Of a DNA stretch of 64,000 bases, positions 36,921 through 46,170 are shown piece by piece (the stretch's first letter is position 1; every line of letters starts with the position of its first letter). Location of the stretch: the NCBI GenBank assembly GCA_963733465.1, contig CAVTDS010000001.1, positions 137,994 through 201,993 on the forward strand, given 5' to 3'. A program made the position numbers and the translations under genes. The notes beneath the pieces are model-generated. The model worked only from the letters and a program-made list of their open reading frames with translations. It did not search any database and was not told the DNA's origin. Source of the DNA: Bryobacterales bacterium (GTDB lineage Bacteria > Acidobacteriota > Terriglobia > Bryobacterales > Bryobacteraceae).

Positions 36921-39245
36921 CTATTGCTTCATCAGCGGGCGTAGCCCATTCAGGCCAGACTTCAACTCTTCGCTCGCCTCTACGATCTGATTGGTGTCGT
37001 AAATGACGTGCGGAGTCATCAGCACCACCATCTCGGTCCGGCTCTTGGTGATCGACTTGCTACCGAACGCCGCGCCCAACCACGGAATCCGGCTCAACAG
37101 CGGGATACCGCTGGTCGAATACGTATTTGAGTCCGAGATGATGCCGCCGATCGCGATGGTATCGCCATCCTGCACCGTCACCTGCGTGCTAAAGGAGCGC
37201 TGCGAGAAGGACGGCGACTGGATCGACGAGCTGGCCGCTGGAGCTATTGGCGTGCTCACGTTCTGCTGGATGCCCAGGGTAACGATGCCGGCAGGAGTAA
37301 CTCGCGCCAGGACGGTCAGCGTGACGCCCGTCTGGACGTTCTGAATCCCCTGGACAATCTGCGACGTGCCCCCGTTGGTGATGCCGGATGCGGCTTGCGA
37401 GTTCAGGGTCGGAACCTCGTCGCCCACATTCATCGTGGCGGGGATGCTGTCGGTGGCGATCAACCTGGGGGCCGAGATGAGCTTGGACGTCCCCCTCTGC
37501 TCGGACGCCGTCAGCACGGCCGCCAACTGCCGGCTGGCGCCCACCAACATGCCCGCGGTCAAGCTCAGATTCGTGCCCGACGAAATAGCCTGGAGCGTCG
37601 CGGTGGGGGAAAAGCTGATCGCGTTCGTGGAATTCTGGTTCTGCAGGTAGGCCTGCACCCCGCTCGCAAATGCACCGGTAAGGTCCACCTCGTAGATCTT
37701 TGCTTCCACCAGCACTTGGCGCGGCGGCACATCGAGCTGGCGGAGCAGTTTCAGGATCTCCTGGTAGTCCTGCGGCGTCGCCTGAATCAGGAGCGTGTTA
37801 TCAAGAGGATTCGGAATTACGCGAGGAACCTTGGCGCCGCTGGTCCCCTGTGTTGCATTCCCCAGATAGCTTCCCGTCAGATCCGGGGACGCCCCCGCCG
37901 TACCTCCGGCTTTGGCTGCCTGAGCCATCGGGTTGGACTGAGCTTGCGCACCGTACATCCCACCACCGCCATACCCATTGCCGCCGTACCCATTGCCGCC
38001 GTAACCGCCGCCGCCGTAACCGCCGCCGCCGTAACCGCCTCCACCGTACATCCCACCGCCGCCGTACCCGCCGCCACCGTACATCCCACCGCCGCCGTAC
38101 CCATTGCCATAGCCGCCGCCGCCATACCCGCCGCCGCTGAGCCCATTCGGAGTCAGCCCGCCGATCCCCATACCCAAGCTGCAGCTACTGCTGCTCATGC
38201 CACCGCCATAGCCGTATCCAACATAAAGCTGCATGATGGCGGAGGCCAGGCTATCGGCGCATCCGTAGACCACGCGATAGACGTAATTGCTTGTCGTGCC
38301 CGCGGTCGACTTTTGAGCGATGTCCAGCTTCTTGAGCCACACCTCCACCTGGTCGAAAACGCCCGGGTTGGATGCGATGGCGACAATCGTGTTGATGCGA
38401 TCGATGGGCAGAAACTTGACCGGGCTCTCTTTGCCCGCCAGTGAGACAGCCTTCATCACCGTCTCCATTTCGTGAGCCAGATCGCTCGGCCGGCTCTCCT
38501 TCACCGTGAAGAGGCGGACGCGTTGGCTGGCCAGCGCATCGTTATCGAACAGGGAGATCAGATCCATGGTGCGCCTCATATTGCGGCTGTTGTCCAGGAG
38601 CAGCAGCAGGTTGGCGGGCTCGTAGGCGGTCATCGTTCCACCTTCGCCCACGAACGGCTGGAGCAGCTTGAACAATTCGCCGACGGTAGCGTACTTGAGG
38701 AAGACCAGGTTCAACATCATCCGCTCGTCGTCCGGAAACGTCTTCGCGCCAACTTGTGGCTCCACGGGAAGGCGGCTCACGTCGGCAACGGGCACGATGC
38801 GGTAAATATCCCCCACCTGGACAATCGAGGCGCCATTGATTCGAAGGATGGTCTCCAAGAGCGCTCGCGCATCCACATTGCGCATCTCGCCATAAGTATT
38901 GATGATTACCGAACCCTTCACGCCCGGATCGAGGATGTAGTTGATCTTGAGCTGACGCGCAAGCATGTCGACGATGTCGATCAGAGACGCACCCTGGACA
39001 TTGAGAACCACGCCGCCGGCCGGAGTTGCGCCAGCCGCCTTGGTGGAAGGGCTTGCCGCCGGCTGCGCCGCTCCGGCATCGGCCGCCGGCGCCGGCGTCG
39101 GCGTCGCCGTGGGCTGTGGTGTTGGCTTGGCTCTCGGCGAATTCTGCATCCAAATCGGAACGCCCATGGGCGGCGGCTGCGTAGGGCGCTGCGCCCACAA
39201 CGCGCCCGCCAATGCCATCGAAAAGAAGATTAGGACCATTTTCAT
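36921..39245 (-). CDS. gspD: type II secretion system secretin GspD with a Gly/Tyr-rich low-complexity insertion
   Basis: Signal peptide MKMVLIFFSMALAGALWAQ. N0-like LNVQGASLIDIVDMLARQLKINYILDP. Repeated N-domains. Secretin core VLVEAKIYEVDLT...ISAPRLIATDSIPATMNVGDEVP...GIPLLSRIPWLGAAFG...TEMVVLMTPHVI. Confidence 0.9.
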   Translation of the reverse strand: MKMVLIFFSMALAGALWAQRPTQPPPMGVPIWMQNSPRAKPTPQPTATPTPAPAADAGAAQPAASPSTKAAGATPAGGVVLNVQGASLIDIVDMLARQLKINYILDPGVKGSVIINTYGEMRNVDARALLETILRINGASIVQVGDIYRIVPVADVSRLPVEPQVGAKTFPDDERMMLNLVFLKYATVGELFKLLQPFVGEGGTMTAYEPANLLLLLDNSRNMRRTMDLISLFDNDALASQRVRLFTVKESRPSDLAHEMETVMKAVSLAGKESPVKFLPIDRINTIVAIASNPGVFDQVEVWLKKLDIAQKSTAGTTSNYVYRVVYGCADSLASAIMQLYVGYGYGGGMSSSSCSLGMGIGGLTPNGLSGGGYGGGGYGNGYGGGGMYGGGGYGGGGMYGGGGYGGGGYGGGGYGGNGYGGNGYGGGGMYGAQAQSNPMAQAAKAGGTAGASPDLTGSYLGNATQGTSGAKVPRVIPNPLDNTLLIQATPQDYQEILKLLRQLDVPPRQVLVEAKIYEVDLTGAFASGVQAYLQNQNSTNAISFSPTATLQAISSGTNLSLTAGMLVGASRQLAAVLTASEQRGTSKLISAPRLIATDSIPATMNVGDEVPTLNSQAASGITNGGTSQIVQGIQNVQTGVTLTVLARVTPAGIVTLGIQQNVSTPIAPAASSSIQSPSFSQRSFSTQVTVQDGDTIAIGGIISDSNTYSTSGIPLLSRIPWLGAAFGSKSITKSRTEMVVLMTPHVIYDTNQIVEASEELKSGLNGLRPLMKQ
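37950..38140. repeat. imperfect 15/18-nt tandem repeats encoding (GGGG[M]Y)n inside gspD
   Basis: Plus strand: ...ccgccgtaaccgccgccgccgtaaccgccgccgccgtaaccgcctccaccgtacatcccaccgccgccgtacccgcc.... Encodes GGGYGGGGYGNGYGGGGMYGGGGYGGGGMYGGGGYGGGGYGGGGYGGNGYGGNGYGGGGMYG. Confidence 0.85.
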
Positions 39246-39270
39246 AATTGCTCCAAACGCTCCGCCGGCC

Positions 39271-39987
39271 TCAATGGACGCTCTCCCAGTGGCAGCCATT
39301 GCCCATGGGGGTTGGCACCAACACTTTCTTCCAGCCGTCCTTCTCCGTCCCCGCCGGAGAGTTGTCACCAGGGCGGCACGCCCTAAAACCGCCTCCGATG
39401 TCGTTCCAGGGAGACGCTTCGGACAGTTCGGCCGATAGCGGCGCACTCTGCTGCTGCGGCTGCTGCACCGCGGGCGCCCTCCTGCCGGCAACCTGGCTAT
39501 CGTCGCGGTGTGGCCTTAATTCCGAAATCTTCTTGACCACCGTCTTGCCGTCCCACTCCAGCGTCACCTCGTCGTCGGTCACCGACACCAGCGTGAACTC
39601 GCCCACCTTGTCGCCGAAGTGGACTCCCAGGCTGGGCTCGCCGGCCTTGACGCTCATGATCGCCGTTTCGCCGTCGCGCAGCGTCATGATGCCGTAAAAG
39701 ACCGGAAGCGCCGGCATCGGCTTCTCTTTAGGCGGGTCCACAATCACGGTCGGGTTCCGATCGGCGCTGAACACGTATTTCAGGGCCACCTCGCTGTAGG
39801 CTGCCGCGGTAACGTTGGGGACTCCCGGCAGGGCCGCGTACGGCGGCGGCGGAAGCTGCTTCAGCGGCTGGCTGAACATCTCCTGAGACCGCTTCTTCGC
39901 CTCGTGCCACTTGTCCCGCACCTGGAACGCGAGCACGGCAACAATTGCGGCCAGCGCGAGATCGAGCAACACCAGCTTCCTTCTCAA
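39271..39987 (-). CDS. T2SS GspC/PilP-like inner-membrane-anchored periplasmic protein
   Basis: N-terminal TM segment LVLLDLALAAIVAVLAF. A Pro-rich linker. A beta domain ...GIMTLRDGETAIMSVKAGEPSLGVHFGDKVGEFTLVSVTDDEVTLEWDGK... resembles the PilP/GspC HR domain. The TTG start overlaps the upstream stop (TTGA). Confidence 0.55.
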   Translation of the reverse strand: MRRKLVLLDLALAAIVAVLAFQVRDKWHEAKKRSQEMFSQPLKQLPPPPYAALPGVPNVTAAAYSEVALKYVFSADRNPTVIVDPPKEKPMPALPVFYGIMTLRDGETAIMSVKAGEPSLGVHFGDKVGEFTLVSVTDDEVTLEWDGKTVVKKISELRPHRDDSQVAGRRAPAVQQPQQQSAPLSAELSEASPWNDIGGGFRACRPGDNSPAGTEKDGWKKVLVPTPMGNGCHWESVH

Positions 39988-40571
39988 AACGCCGGCCTCC
40001 CTTTCCTCTCCGGCACCAGCCGGAGGGGGACCACTCCGGAAACCACCAGGCGCACCGAAACGGTCTTCTGCTTGGCGTCCTGCTCCGCGATGTGCACCTC
40101 GTTAACGGCGATCGCCTCGGGCCGGTTCGCCAAATCGGCGAGCAGGTTCAGCAGCTCCTCGATGTGGCAGACGAAGGGAACGCCGATGCGCACTTCCCCG
40201 TACTCCCCCAGCTTGGAAGCCGGTTGAAATTCGACGGAGCCCAGATCGACCGGCGGTGTTTGCGCGTGCGCCGTCTGGCGCACGATGTCAAGCAGCAGAG
40301 CCTGCGCCTGCGCAGCGGTCGCGGCCTGGACGATCCCCTTCTCGCGCTGAGCCAGCTCGTCGGAGACGTTCTTCAACACCTGCCGCTTGCCGGCCACTGT
40401 GGCCGCTTGTTGGCGCAGCCGCGCCAGGCGGTTTTCGGCGGCGGGGATGCTGTCCGCCTTCGCGGCCGTGGCGGGCGCGCTGCCGCCCGCGGCGAACCAG
40501 ACGATGACCGCCGCCACCGCGGCAACGCCCAGAATTGTCAGGGCGCGCGTGTCCCGCTGGTTGAGCTTCAC
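39984..40571 (-). CDS. T2SS GspM/PilO-like protein
   Basis: The GTG at 40571 overlaps the upstream stop (GTGA). VKLNQRDTRALTILGVAAVAAVIVWF (TM) is followed by a coiled-coil and then a C-terminal alpha/beta domain. Assignment is by size, topology and position. Confidence 0.5.
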   Translation of the reverse strand: MKLNQRDTRALTILGVAAVAAVIVWFAAGGSAPATAAKADSIPAAENRLARLRQQAATVAGKRQVLKNVSDELAQREKGIVQAATAAQAQALLLDIVRQTAHAQTPPVDLGSVEFQPASKLGEYGEVRIGVPFVCHIEELLNLLADLANRPEAIAVNEVHIAEQDAKQKTVSVRLVVSGVVPLRLVPERKGRPAF

Positions 40572-41884
40572 TGCCGCACCCCCTTTCGGGCTGCGCGGAT
40601 CCGGAAGACCTGCATCTTGCCGCTGGGCGTGAGCGGCACGGTGAACTCCGAGCCCTGAAACATCGGCGAACTGTCGAGTAGCTTCAGCAGTGGTTCGGCG
40701 TGTTCGGCCGCCCCGCTCAGCGTGATGGAATCCCTCGCCAGGTCCACGGAGCTGAGAAAGGCGGGCGGGTCCAGCAGCTTGTTCACTTCCGCCAGGACGT
40801 CCAGGCCGGACTTGGACTGGCGCCGGAAGTCGTCGAGCAACAGCGTCTTCGCTCGCGCCGCTTCGATAGAACGTTGGATCTCGCCTGCCTGGCGCGCCAG
40901 CGGCTGTAGCCGCGCCGTTTCGCGCTCGAGCGCCCGAAGGTAATCGCGGTCCTCGACCGGCGAGATCGATGCCAGCGCCACCATGCACACTAGCGCCGCC
41001 AGCCCCAGCACCGCGGTGGGCACGTAGATCAGGCGCGCGTTCGAGCTGCGGCTCTCCGCCGGCAGCAGGTTGATGGGCAGCGCCAGCCGGGGGCATGCCC
41101 CGGCCAGCGCCGCCGCGTACGCCAGTGCGTTGCGGGAGAAATCGTAATCGGCGGGAGCGCCCAGCGGGATCGGCAGCAGCGCAGCGGCATCGAGCGGCTC
41201 CGCGCCCGATTCCAGGCGCAACTCCGCGCTCGCCAACTCGACCGCCCGCTCTCGCTCGCAATCGAATGCCGCGGAGAACACCGGCCGGGCTGCGCTTTCG
41301 CCGTACGCTTCGAGGCCGTCTCCGGCCTGGGCCAGGGCCAGAAACCCATCCGCCGGCGGCCGCGTAAGAAGCCGCGCAGCCGAATACAACGCCGCCGCCG
41401 AAAAAGTGAACGAGGCCACCTTGACGCCCGCTTCCGAAAACAGGCTGAAGTAGCGCTCCAGCGTTTCTTTGCGCGTGATGGCCACCAGCACAGCGCCGCT
41501 CCCGCCGACTTTGGTCCAGGCGTAAGCCGCCTGATCCTCCGCGAACGGGTGCAGCGAATCGATCTGGAATTGGATGGCCGAGGCGATGTCCCGGTCCGCT
41601 ACGCCGGCCAGCGTCACCAGTCTCACGATGACGTCGCGCCGCGGCAGCAGCACGGTGGCCGCCAGGTGGCTCGTCCCGGTGCGCTTCAGAAAATCCGAGT
41701 ACACGGCGCCCCAGCCGGCGGCGGTTCTCTCGCGGAAGCCGCCGATCGTCGCCGCCCCCAACAGCCGCGCTCCGTTCGGCCGCACCCGGACCGCCGACAC
41801 CCGCAGCAAGTCGTCTTCGATCTCGATGCCCACGCCGGTGCCGATCGCGAGCAGCTTTCGCAGTTCCAGAAGGTCCAGGCTCAT
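40568..41884 (-). CDS. T2SS GspL-like protein (PilM-like cytoplasmic domain, TM, PilN-like periplasmic domain)
   Basis: Starts MSLDLLELRKLLAIGTGVGIEIEDDLLRVSAV... (actin-like N-terminus). TM segment YVPTAVLGLAALVCMVALASI. C-terminus LSSVDLARDSITLSGAAEH...MFQGSEFTVPL... The ATG overlaps the gspK stop (ATGA). Confidence 0.6.
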   Translation of the reverse strand: MSLDLLELRKLLAIGTGVGIEIEDDLLRVSAVRVRPNGARLLGAATIGGFRERTAAGWGAVYSDFLKRTGTSHLAATVLLPRRDVIVRLVTLAGVADRDIASAIQFQIDSLHPFAEDQAAYAWTKVGGSGAVLVAITRKETLERYFSLFSEAGVKVASFTFSAAALYSAARLLTRPPADGFLALAQAGDGLEAYGESAARPVFSAAFDCERERAVELASAELRLESGAEPLDAAALLPIPLGAPADYDFSRNALAYAAALAGACPRLALPINLLPAESRSSNARLIYVPTAVLGLAALVCMVALASISPVEDRDYLRALERETARLQPLARQAGEIQRSIEAARAKTLLLDDFRRQSKSGLDVLAEVNKLLDPPAFLSSVDLARDSITLSGAAEHAEPLLKLLDSSPMFQGSEFTVPLTPSGKMQVFRIRAARKGVRQ

Positions 41885-42894
41885 TGCACCCACACGTTGT
41901 CGTACCAGCGCAGGATGTGATACGGCTCCTTGAACTTGGACCGGTCCAGCAGTTTCACCATCGCCGCAACCGACCGGCGCGCGTCGGAGAGCCTTCCGTC
42001 CGGCCAGCGCCCCTGGGCCGTGGCGCGCAGGGTGACGATGGAAGCGTCGGCGATGCCCAGGCGGTTCATCCCGGGCTGGCCCCCGCCCAGCGCACTCACC
42101 AGCGCACTCAACTGCCGTTGGCTTAGGATCGGGGTCTGCCGCCGCAGTTGGACGATCGCGGATACGCCCTGGGGAGGGACTCCGATCGCCGCCAGCACTG
42201 CCGGATCCACCGTGTTCACGTCCAGGCCCGCCGCCGCACCGTAGACCGAAAGGCAGTCCTTGAGGCCATGGCGCGGCGTCAGGCCGCCCTGCCCATCCCG
42301 CTCGTAGGTGCCATAGAACAATTCCGGCGTCATGCCTTTCACCAGCAGCAGTTCTTCGATCTCTTGGAATGACGCATGGGGCGGCTGGAAAGACGAAGTT
42401 GAAGTTGGGCCAAAGGAAAGCCCCGCCGATGAGCCAGCCTGCGGGCTGCGCCACTCGACGATTCCCAGCGCGATCTCCTGCGCCTGCTCCGGCCCCGCCC
42501 CCAGCGCCACGGCAAGGCCGTAAAGCTCTTCCGGCCGCGCGCTGTTGATGTCCAGCTTCGATGTCTCCGGAATCACTTCCACCACCGCCTGCCCACCTGG
42601 GAACTGGAACTGCATCAACGGACCGCCATCGTAATACTGCGAGGCTCCGTCGTGATTCCGGTACGCACGTCCCCACTCGAGGTAGAGCAAGGACCGCTCG
42701 ATCGCCCCAGTGGCCAGGTAATAAGCCTTCAGGCCATCGGTGGAATTCGACACGCGGCCGACCTCCGACCGGACCGTGCTCGCCACCGTGAAGGCAATGG
42801 CCGAGAGCGCCGCCACCAGCCACAGCACCGCCAGCAGCGCGCTTCCGCTCCGCCCTCGCTTTCGCGCCACAGGCCTCCCGCTTTTACTGGCCAT
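41881..42894 (-). CDS. gspK: T2SS minor pseudopilin GspK
   Basis: ...RGRSGSALLAVLWLVAALSAIAF... (no Glu+5, as in GspK). ...KLDINSARPEEL... and ...DVNTVDPAVLAAI... are helix-hairpin-helix-like repeats. 337 aa. Confidence 0.75.
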   Translation of the reverse strand: MASKSGRPVARKRGRSGSALLAVLWLVAALSAIAFTVASTVRSEVGRVSNSTDGLKAYYLATGAIERSLLYLEWGRAYRNHDGASQYYDGGPLMQFQFPGGQAVVEVIPETSKLDINSARPEELYGLAVALGAGPEQAQEIALGIVEWRSPQAGSSAGLSFGPTSTSSFQPPHASFQEIEELLLVKGMTPELFYGTYERDGQGGLTPRHGLKDCLSVYGAAAGLDVNTVDPAVLAAIGVPPQGVSAIVQLRRQTPILSQRQLSALVSALGGGQPGMNRLGIADASIVTLRATAQGRWPDGRLSDARRSVAAMVKLLDRSKFKEPYHILRWYDNVWVQ

Positions 42895-43630
42895 AAGTCG
42901 CATTGGGTTGCCTGTTCACTCGAATCGGCGCGGTGACGCCCATCAGCGGGAGCCGTCCCGGATCCGCGGCGAGAGGAGCCATGTCGATCCGCACGGCCGT
43001 GGGCCATCGGTCCTGCGGCCACTGATCGAGCCAGCGCTCGCCCGCCCTCGGATCGAAATCGCGGTAACTGAGGCGGCAATAGGCCAGTTTGTCGGCCAGC
43101 ACAAACGAGCTCGGGCCCGTCTCGATTGGCCGGAACGCCGGCAGCACCTCGCGCGTGTCCGGAATGCGCTCGGTGCCCGTGCAGGTGGCGCCGGCTAGCT
43201 GCGGGCTGTAGACCAGCTCATTGACAACCAGCCGCACGCCCATGCCGCGCTCCCCCGGAATCACCTGAAATTCCAGGATTCGCGGCATTCCGCGCGCCGC
43301 CTCATCGAGCGAATAGCTGGAGACAAAACGCATGGACTGAGGCTGGCCTTCGAAGTACATGATCGTCTGCGGCCGCTGCTGCGTGTCCGGAACGCAGGCC
43401 GCCGAGACCGGAATCAGGTTCTCGATCTGGCTGCGTACGATGCGCTCCACGCTGGCCACGCGCCGGTTCGCCAGGAGCTTCCCATCCGCCTTGTCCATCG
43501 CGCTCAGGCCCACCCGCAGCGTCAGCAGCATCGCCACCGAGAGCATGCTCAGCAGCGAGATTGCAATCACCAGCTCGATCAACGTCACGCCGCGCTGGGA
43601 ACGGCCACTCCTCGCTCGCGCGCCCCTCAT
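42884..43630 (-). CDS. gspJ: T2SS minor pseudopilin, GspJ-like
   Basis: Prepilin motif QRGVTLIELVIAISLLSML. 248 aa. The ATG overlaps the upstream stop (ATGA). Assignment is by order and size. Confidence 0.65.
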   Translation of the reverse strand: MRGARARSGRSQRGVTLIELVIAISLLSMLSVAMLLTLRVGLSAMDKADGKLLANRRVASVERIVRSQIENLIPVSAACVPDTQQRPQTIMYFEGQPQSMRFVSSYSLDEAARGMPRILEFQVIPGERGMGVRLVVNELVYSPQLAGATCTGTERIPDTREVLPAFRPIETGPSSFVLADKLAYCRLSYRDFDPRAGERWLDQWPQDRWPTAVRIDMAPLAADPGRLPLMGVTAPIRVNRQPNATYGQ

Positions 43631-44049
43631 GGCTGCACCCTCTCCGCCTTCGGCAGCGTGCCTCGCCGGTACCCATCGAGCACCAGCGTCCGCTGATGGC
43701 CCTGGGGGCCCCACCATACCTGCAATTCGAGCTGCTCCAGAATCTCTGAGCCGGGACCCGCCTTGGGCGGAACCTCGAACGGCGTTAGCTGCGCCCTCCA
43801 GCCGGCATCCGTGCCGCCGGTGAGCGAAGGGTCGAAAACGCCTTCGAGAATGGCGACCTTCGGCAATTCCCGATCGAGCAGCAACTCGTCCATCTTTTCG
43901 TGCGCCAGCAGCGCGGCACGGTCGTAGTCGGTCAGGTGGGCTGCGTTCCGCAGCGAGACCGAGAGATTGGACATCAACCCCACCACGGCAATCCCCAGGA
44001 TCGCAGTAGCCACCAGCATCTCGAGCAATGTGAAGCCGCGCCGCCTCAT
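43627..44049 (-). CDS. gspI: T2SS minor pseudopilin, GspI-like
   Basis: MRRRGFTLLEMLVATAILGIAVVGL is a prepilin N-terminal methylation motif. 140 aa. Confidence 0.65.
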   Translation of the reverse strand: MRRRGFTLLEMLVATAILGIAVVGLMSNLSVSLRNAAHLTDYDRAALLAHEKMDELLLDRELPKVAILEGVFDPSLTGGTDAGWRAQLTPFEVPPKAGPGSEILEQLELQVWWGPQGHQRTLVLDGYRRGTLPKAERVQP

Positions 44050-44525
44050 GGCTTCCCGATTCGCTCCACCTGGGGTACGCCCGTGATGGGGTCTACCCGC
44101 ACGATCGCGTGCGCGTTACGCTGGTTGGCGACCTCGATTCCCACGCGCGGAATCGCTCCGCCCGGTGACAGCAGAAACTGGCGCGTCCCGTCTTCGGCCG
44201 TCTCCGCCTCCGGCAGAATCTTCACGATCGAGACGCCCTGCGGCAACTCGTACTTTTTCTCGAATAGCGGCGGCCCCGAGCGCATGGTCAGCGTGTTCCG
44301 CGCCTTGTTAACGTCGATCTCGACAGCCTCCTCGCGCCGCTCCACCCGGTTGAGCGCCTCATTGAAGAAGCTGACCACCCCGCGCGCGGTCTGGTTGAGC
44401 CGCAGGCTGTCGATGCCCGACGAGAACGCGGGAAACGCGATCCCGGCGATCAGCGCGATGAGCCCCACGACGATCGTCATCTCGATCAGCGTGACGCCGG
44501 ATTCTGCCCTGGCTCCCCGCTTCAC
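44046..44525 (-). CDS. gspH: T2SS minor pseudopilin, GspH-like
   Basis: ...AESGVTLIEMTIVVGLIALIAGIAFP.... The GTG at 44525 overlaps the gspG stop (GTGA). The track start at 44537 is the alternative. Confidence 0.65.
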   Translation of the reverse strand: MKRGARAESGVTLIEMTIVVGLIALIAGIAFPAFSSGIDSLRLNQTARGVVSFFNEALNRVERREEAVEIDVNKARNTLTMRSGPPLFEKKYELPQGVSIVKILPEAETAEDGTRQFLLSPGGAIPRVGIEVANQRNAHAIVRVDPITGVPQVERIGKP

Positions 44526-44956
44526 TGCGACTTCCAACTCACAATATCGGCGTTGATGCCCTCGCCCCCCGGCTGCCCGTCCGCGCCGTAGGAAATGATC
44601 TCCGGCTCATCGCCTTGCTCGCTCGGGTAATGGTAAACGTAGGCGTTGCCCCACGGATCGTTGGGCAGCTCGCGCTCGAGGTATGGCCCCTGCCAGTTGG
44701 AAATCCCGGGCGGCGCCGTCCGTAGCACCGCCAGGCCCTGCTCGGTGGTGGGGAACTGCCCAGTATCCATCTTGTATGTGGCCAGCGCCGCCATCAGCGT
44801 AGTGATCTGGGCGCGCGCGGCCGTCACCTTGGCCTTGTCGGCCTGTTTCCACATCCGCATTCCGACGAGTCCCGCAAACAGCGCGATGATCGTCACCACC
44901 ACCAGCATCTCGATCAGCGTGACGCCGGCTTGGTTCGTCTTTCTGCGCTTTCTCAT
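44522..44956 (-). CDS. gspG: T2SS major pseudopilin GspG
   Basis: MRKRRKTNQAGVTLIEMLVVVTIIALFAGL...AKVTAARAQITTLMAALATYKMDTGQFPTTEQGL...DPWGNAYVYHYP...SYGADGQPGG matches the canonical GspG pattern. Confidence 0.92.
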   Translation of the reverse strand: MRKRRKTNQAGVTLIEMLVVVTIIALFAGLVGMRMWKQADKAKVTAARAQITTLMAALATYKMDTGQFPTTEQGLAVLRTAPPGISNWQGPYLERELPNDPWGNAYVYHYPSEQGDEPEIISYGADGQPGGEGINADIVSWKSQ

Positions 44957-44958
44957 GT

Positions 44959-46170
44959 TTACACCGCCACTTCGTTGATGCTCGTGATCGCCAGCAATAT
45001 GCTCAGGATGAGCGCGCCGACGAAGATCCCCATCACCAGAATAATCATCGGCTCGAACAGCGCCGTAAAGCGCCGGATTGCCGCGCGCGTATCGGCCTCG
45101 TAAATGTCCGCCATGCGCGCGAACATCTGGTCCAGGCGTCCGGTCTCTTCGCCCACACTCAGCAGGTGGCTCGCCAGCGCCGGAAACTCGCCCGTCCGCC
45201 GGAGCGGGCCGGCGACACCTTCTCCGCGCTTGACCCCCTGCGCGACCGATTCAAGCGACCGCGCGATCCTCGTGTTGTTCAGAATCGCACTGGCAATCCC
45301 GAGCGATTGTACCAAGGGAACGCTGTTCGTCACCAGCGTCTCCATGGCGCGCGCGAAACGGGACGTCTCGGCCTTCCTCAGCGCGTCCCCCAGCACCGGC
45401 ACCTTCAGCCGGATCGAATCCCACCACAGCCGCCCGGCCACGGTGCGCACATACGAGTAGAGCCCCGCCGACGCCGCCACCAGCGCCAGGAGGACCATCC
45501 ACCCGTAGGATTTCACCAGCGCGCTGGTCTCGATCATGATTTCGGTAGGGAGCGGCATCTTCATCCGCGAATCCTGGAACATCTGCGCGAACCGCGGCAC
45601 CACAAAGTACATCAGGATCGTGATGGACGCGCAGCCCACGAACATCAGCAGGGCCGGGTAGATCATGGCGGAAATGATGTAGCCGCGCAGATCGTCCCGC
45701 GTCCGCTCGAACTCCGTCAGGCGCGTGAAGACCGGTCCCAGCGCGCCGCTCGCCTCCCCCGCCCGGACGATGTTGATGTACAGTTTCGAGAAATACTCGG
45801 GATGCGAGGCCAGGCTGTCCGCCAGCGACCGGCCGCCCTTCAGAATCCGAAGCACGTCGTGGACCACCAGGCCGAAGCTGGCGTGTTCGGTCAGCTCCCC
45901 CGTGATCGAAAGAGCGCGGTCAAGCGGCACGCCGGCGTTCAACAACGTGGAAAGCTCCTGCGTGAAGAACATGACGTCGCGCCGCTTGCCGCGGGTGAAG
46001 GTTGGCAGCTTCAGCTCGAAACTCTTCTTGGGCGCGAGCCCCACGTAGACCGGGATCAGCCCCTGGCTGCTCAACTCGCGCGCCACGGCCTTCTCGGTCG
46101 CTCCGTGCAGCACGCCGGTCCGGACCTTGCCGTCCGGCGCAACCGCTTGGAAGTGGTAACTAGTCGCCAT
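44959..46170 (-). CDS. gspF: T2SS inner-membrane platform protein GspF
   Basis: 403 aa with two T2SSF repeats (...FTQELSTLLNAGVPLDRAL... and ...FARAMETLVTNSVPLVQSL...) and three TM segments. Confidence 0.92.
   Translation of the reverse strand: MATSYHFQAVAPDGKVRTGVLHGATEKAVARELSSQGLIPVYVGLAPKKSFELKLPTFTRGKRRDVMFFTQELSTLLNAGVPLDRALSITGELTEHASFGLVVHDVLRILKGGRSLADSLASHPEYFSKLYINIVRAGEASGALGPVFTRLTEFERTRDDLRGYIISAMIYPALLMFVGCASITILMYFVVPRFAQMFQDSRMKMPLPTEIMIETSALVKSYGWMVLLALVAASAGLYSYVRTVAGRLWWDSIRLKVPVLGDALRKAETSRFARAMETLVTNSVPLVQSLGIASAILNNTRIARSLESVAQGVKRGEGVAGPLRRTGEFPALASHLLSVGEETGRLDQMFARMADIYEADTRAAIRRFTALFEPMIILVMGIFVGALILSILLAITSINEVAV

Noticed and set aside
37950-38140. Short tandem repeats, which might be taken for a CRISPR-like or minisatellite array
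   Set aside because: The repeats are in frame inside gspD and encode the Gly/Tyr tract. There are no unique spacers and the period is 15-18 nt. I report this as a coding repeat instead.
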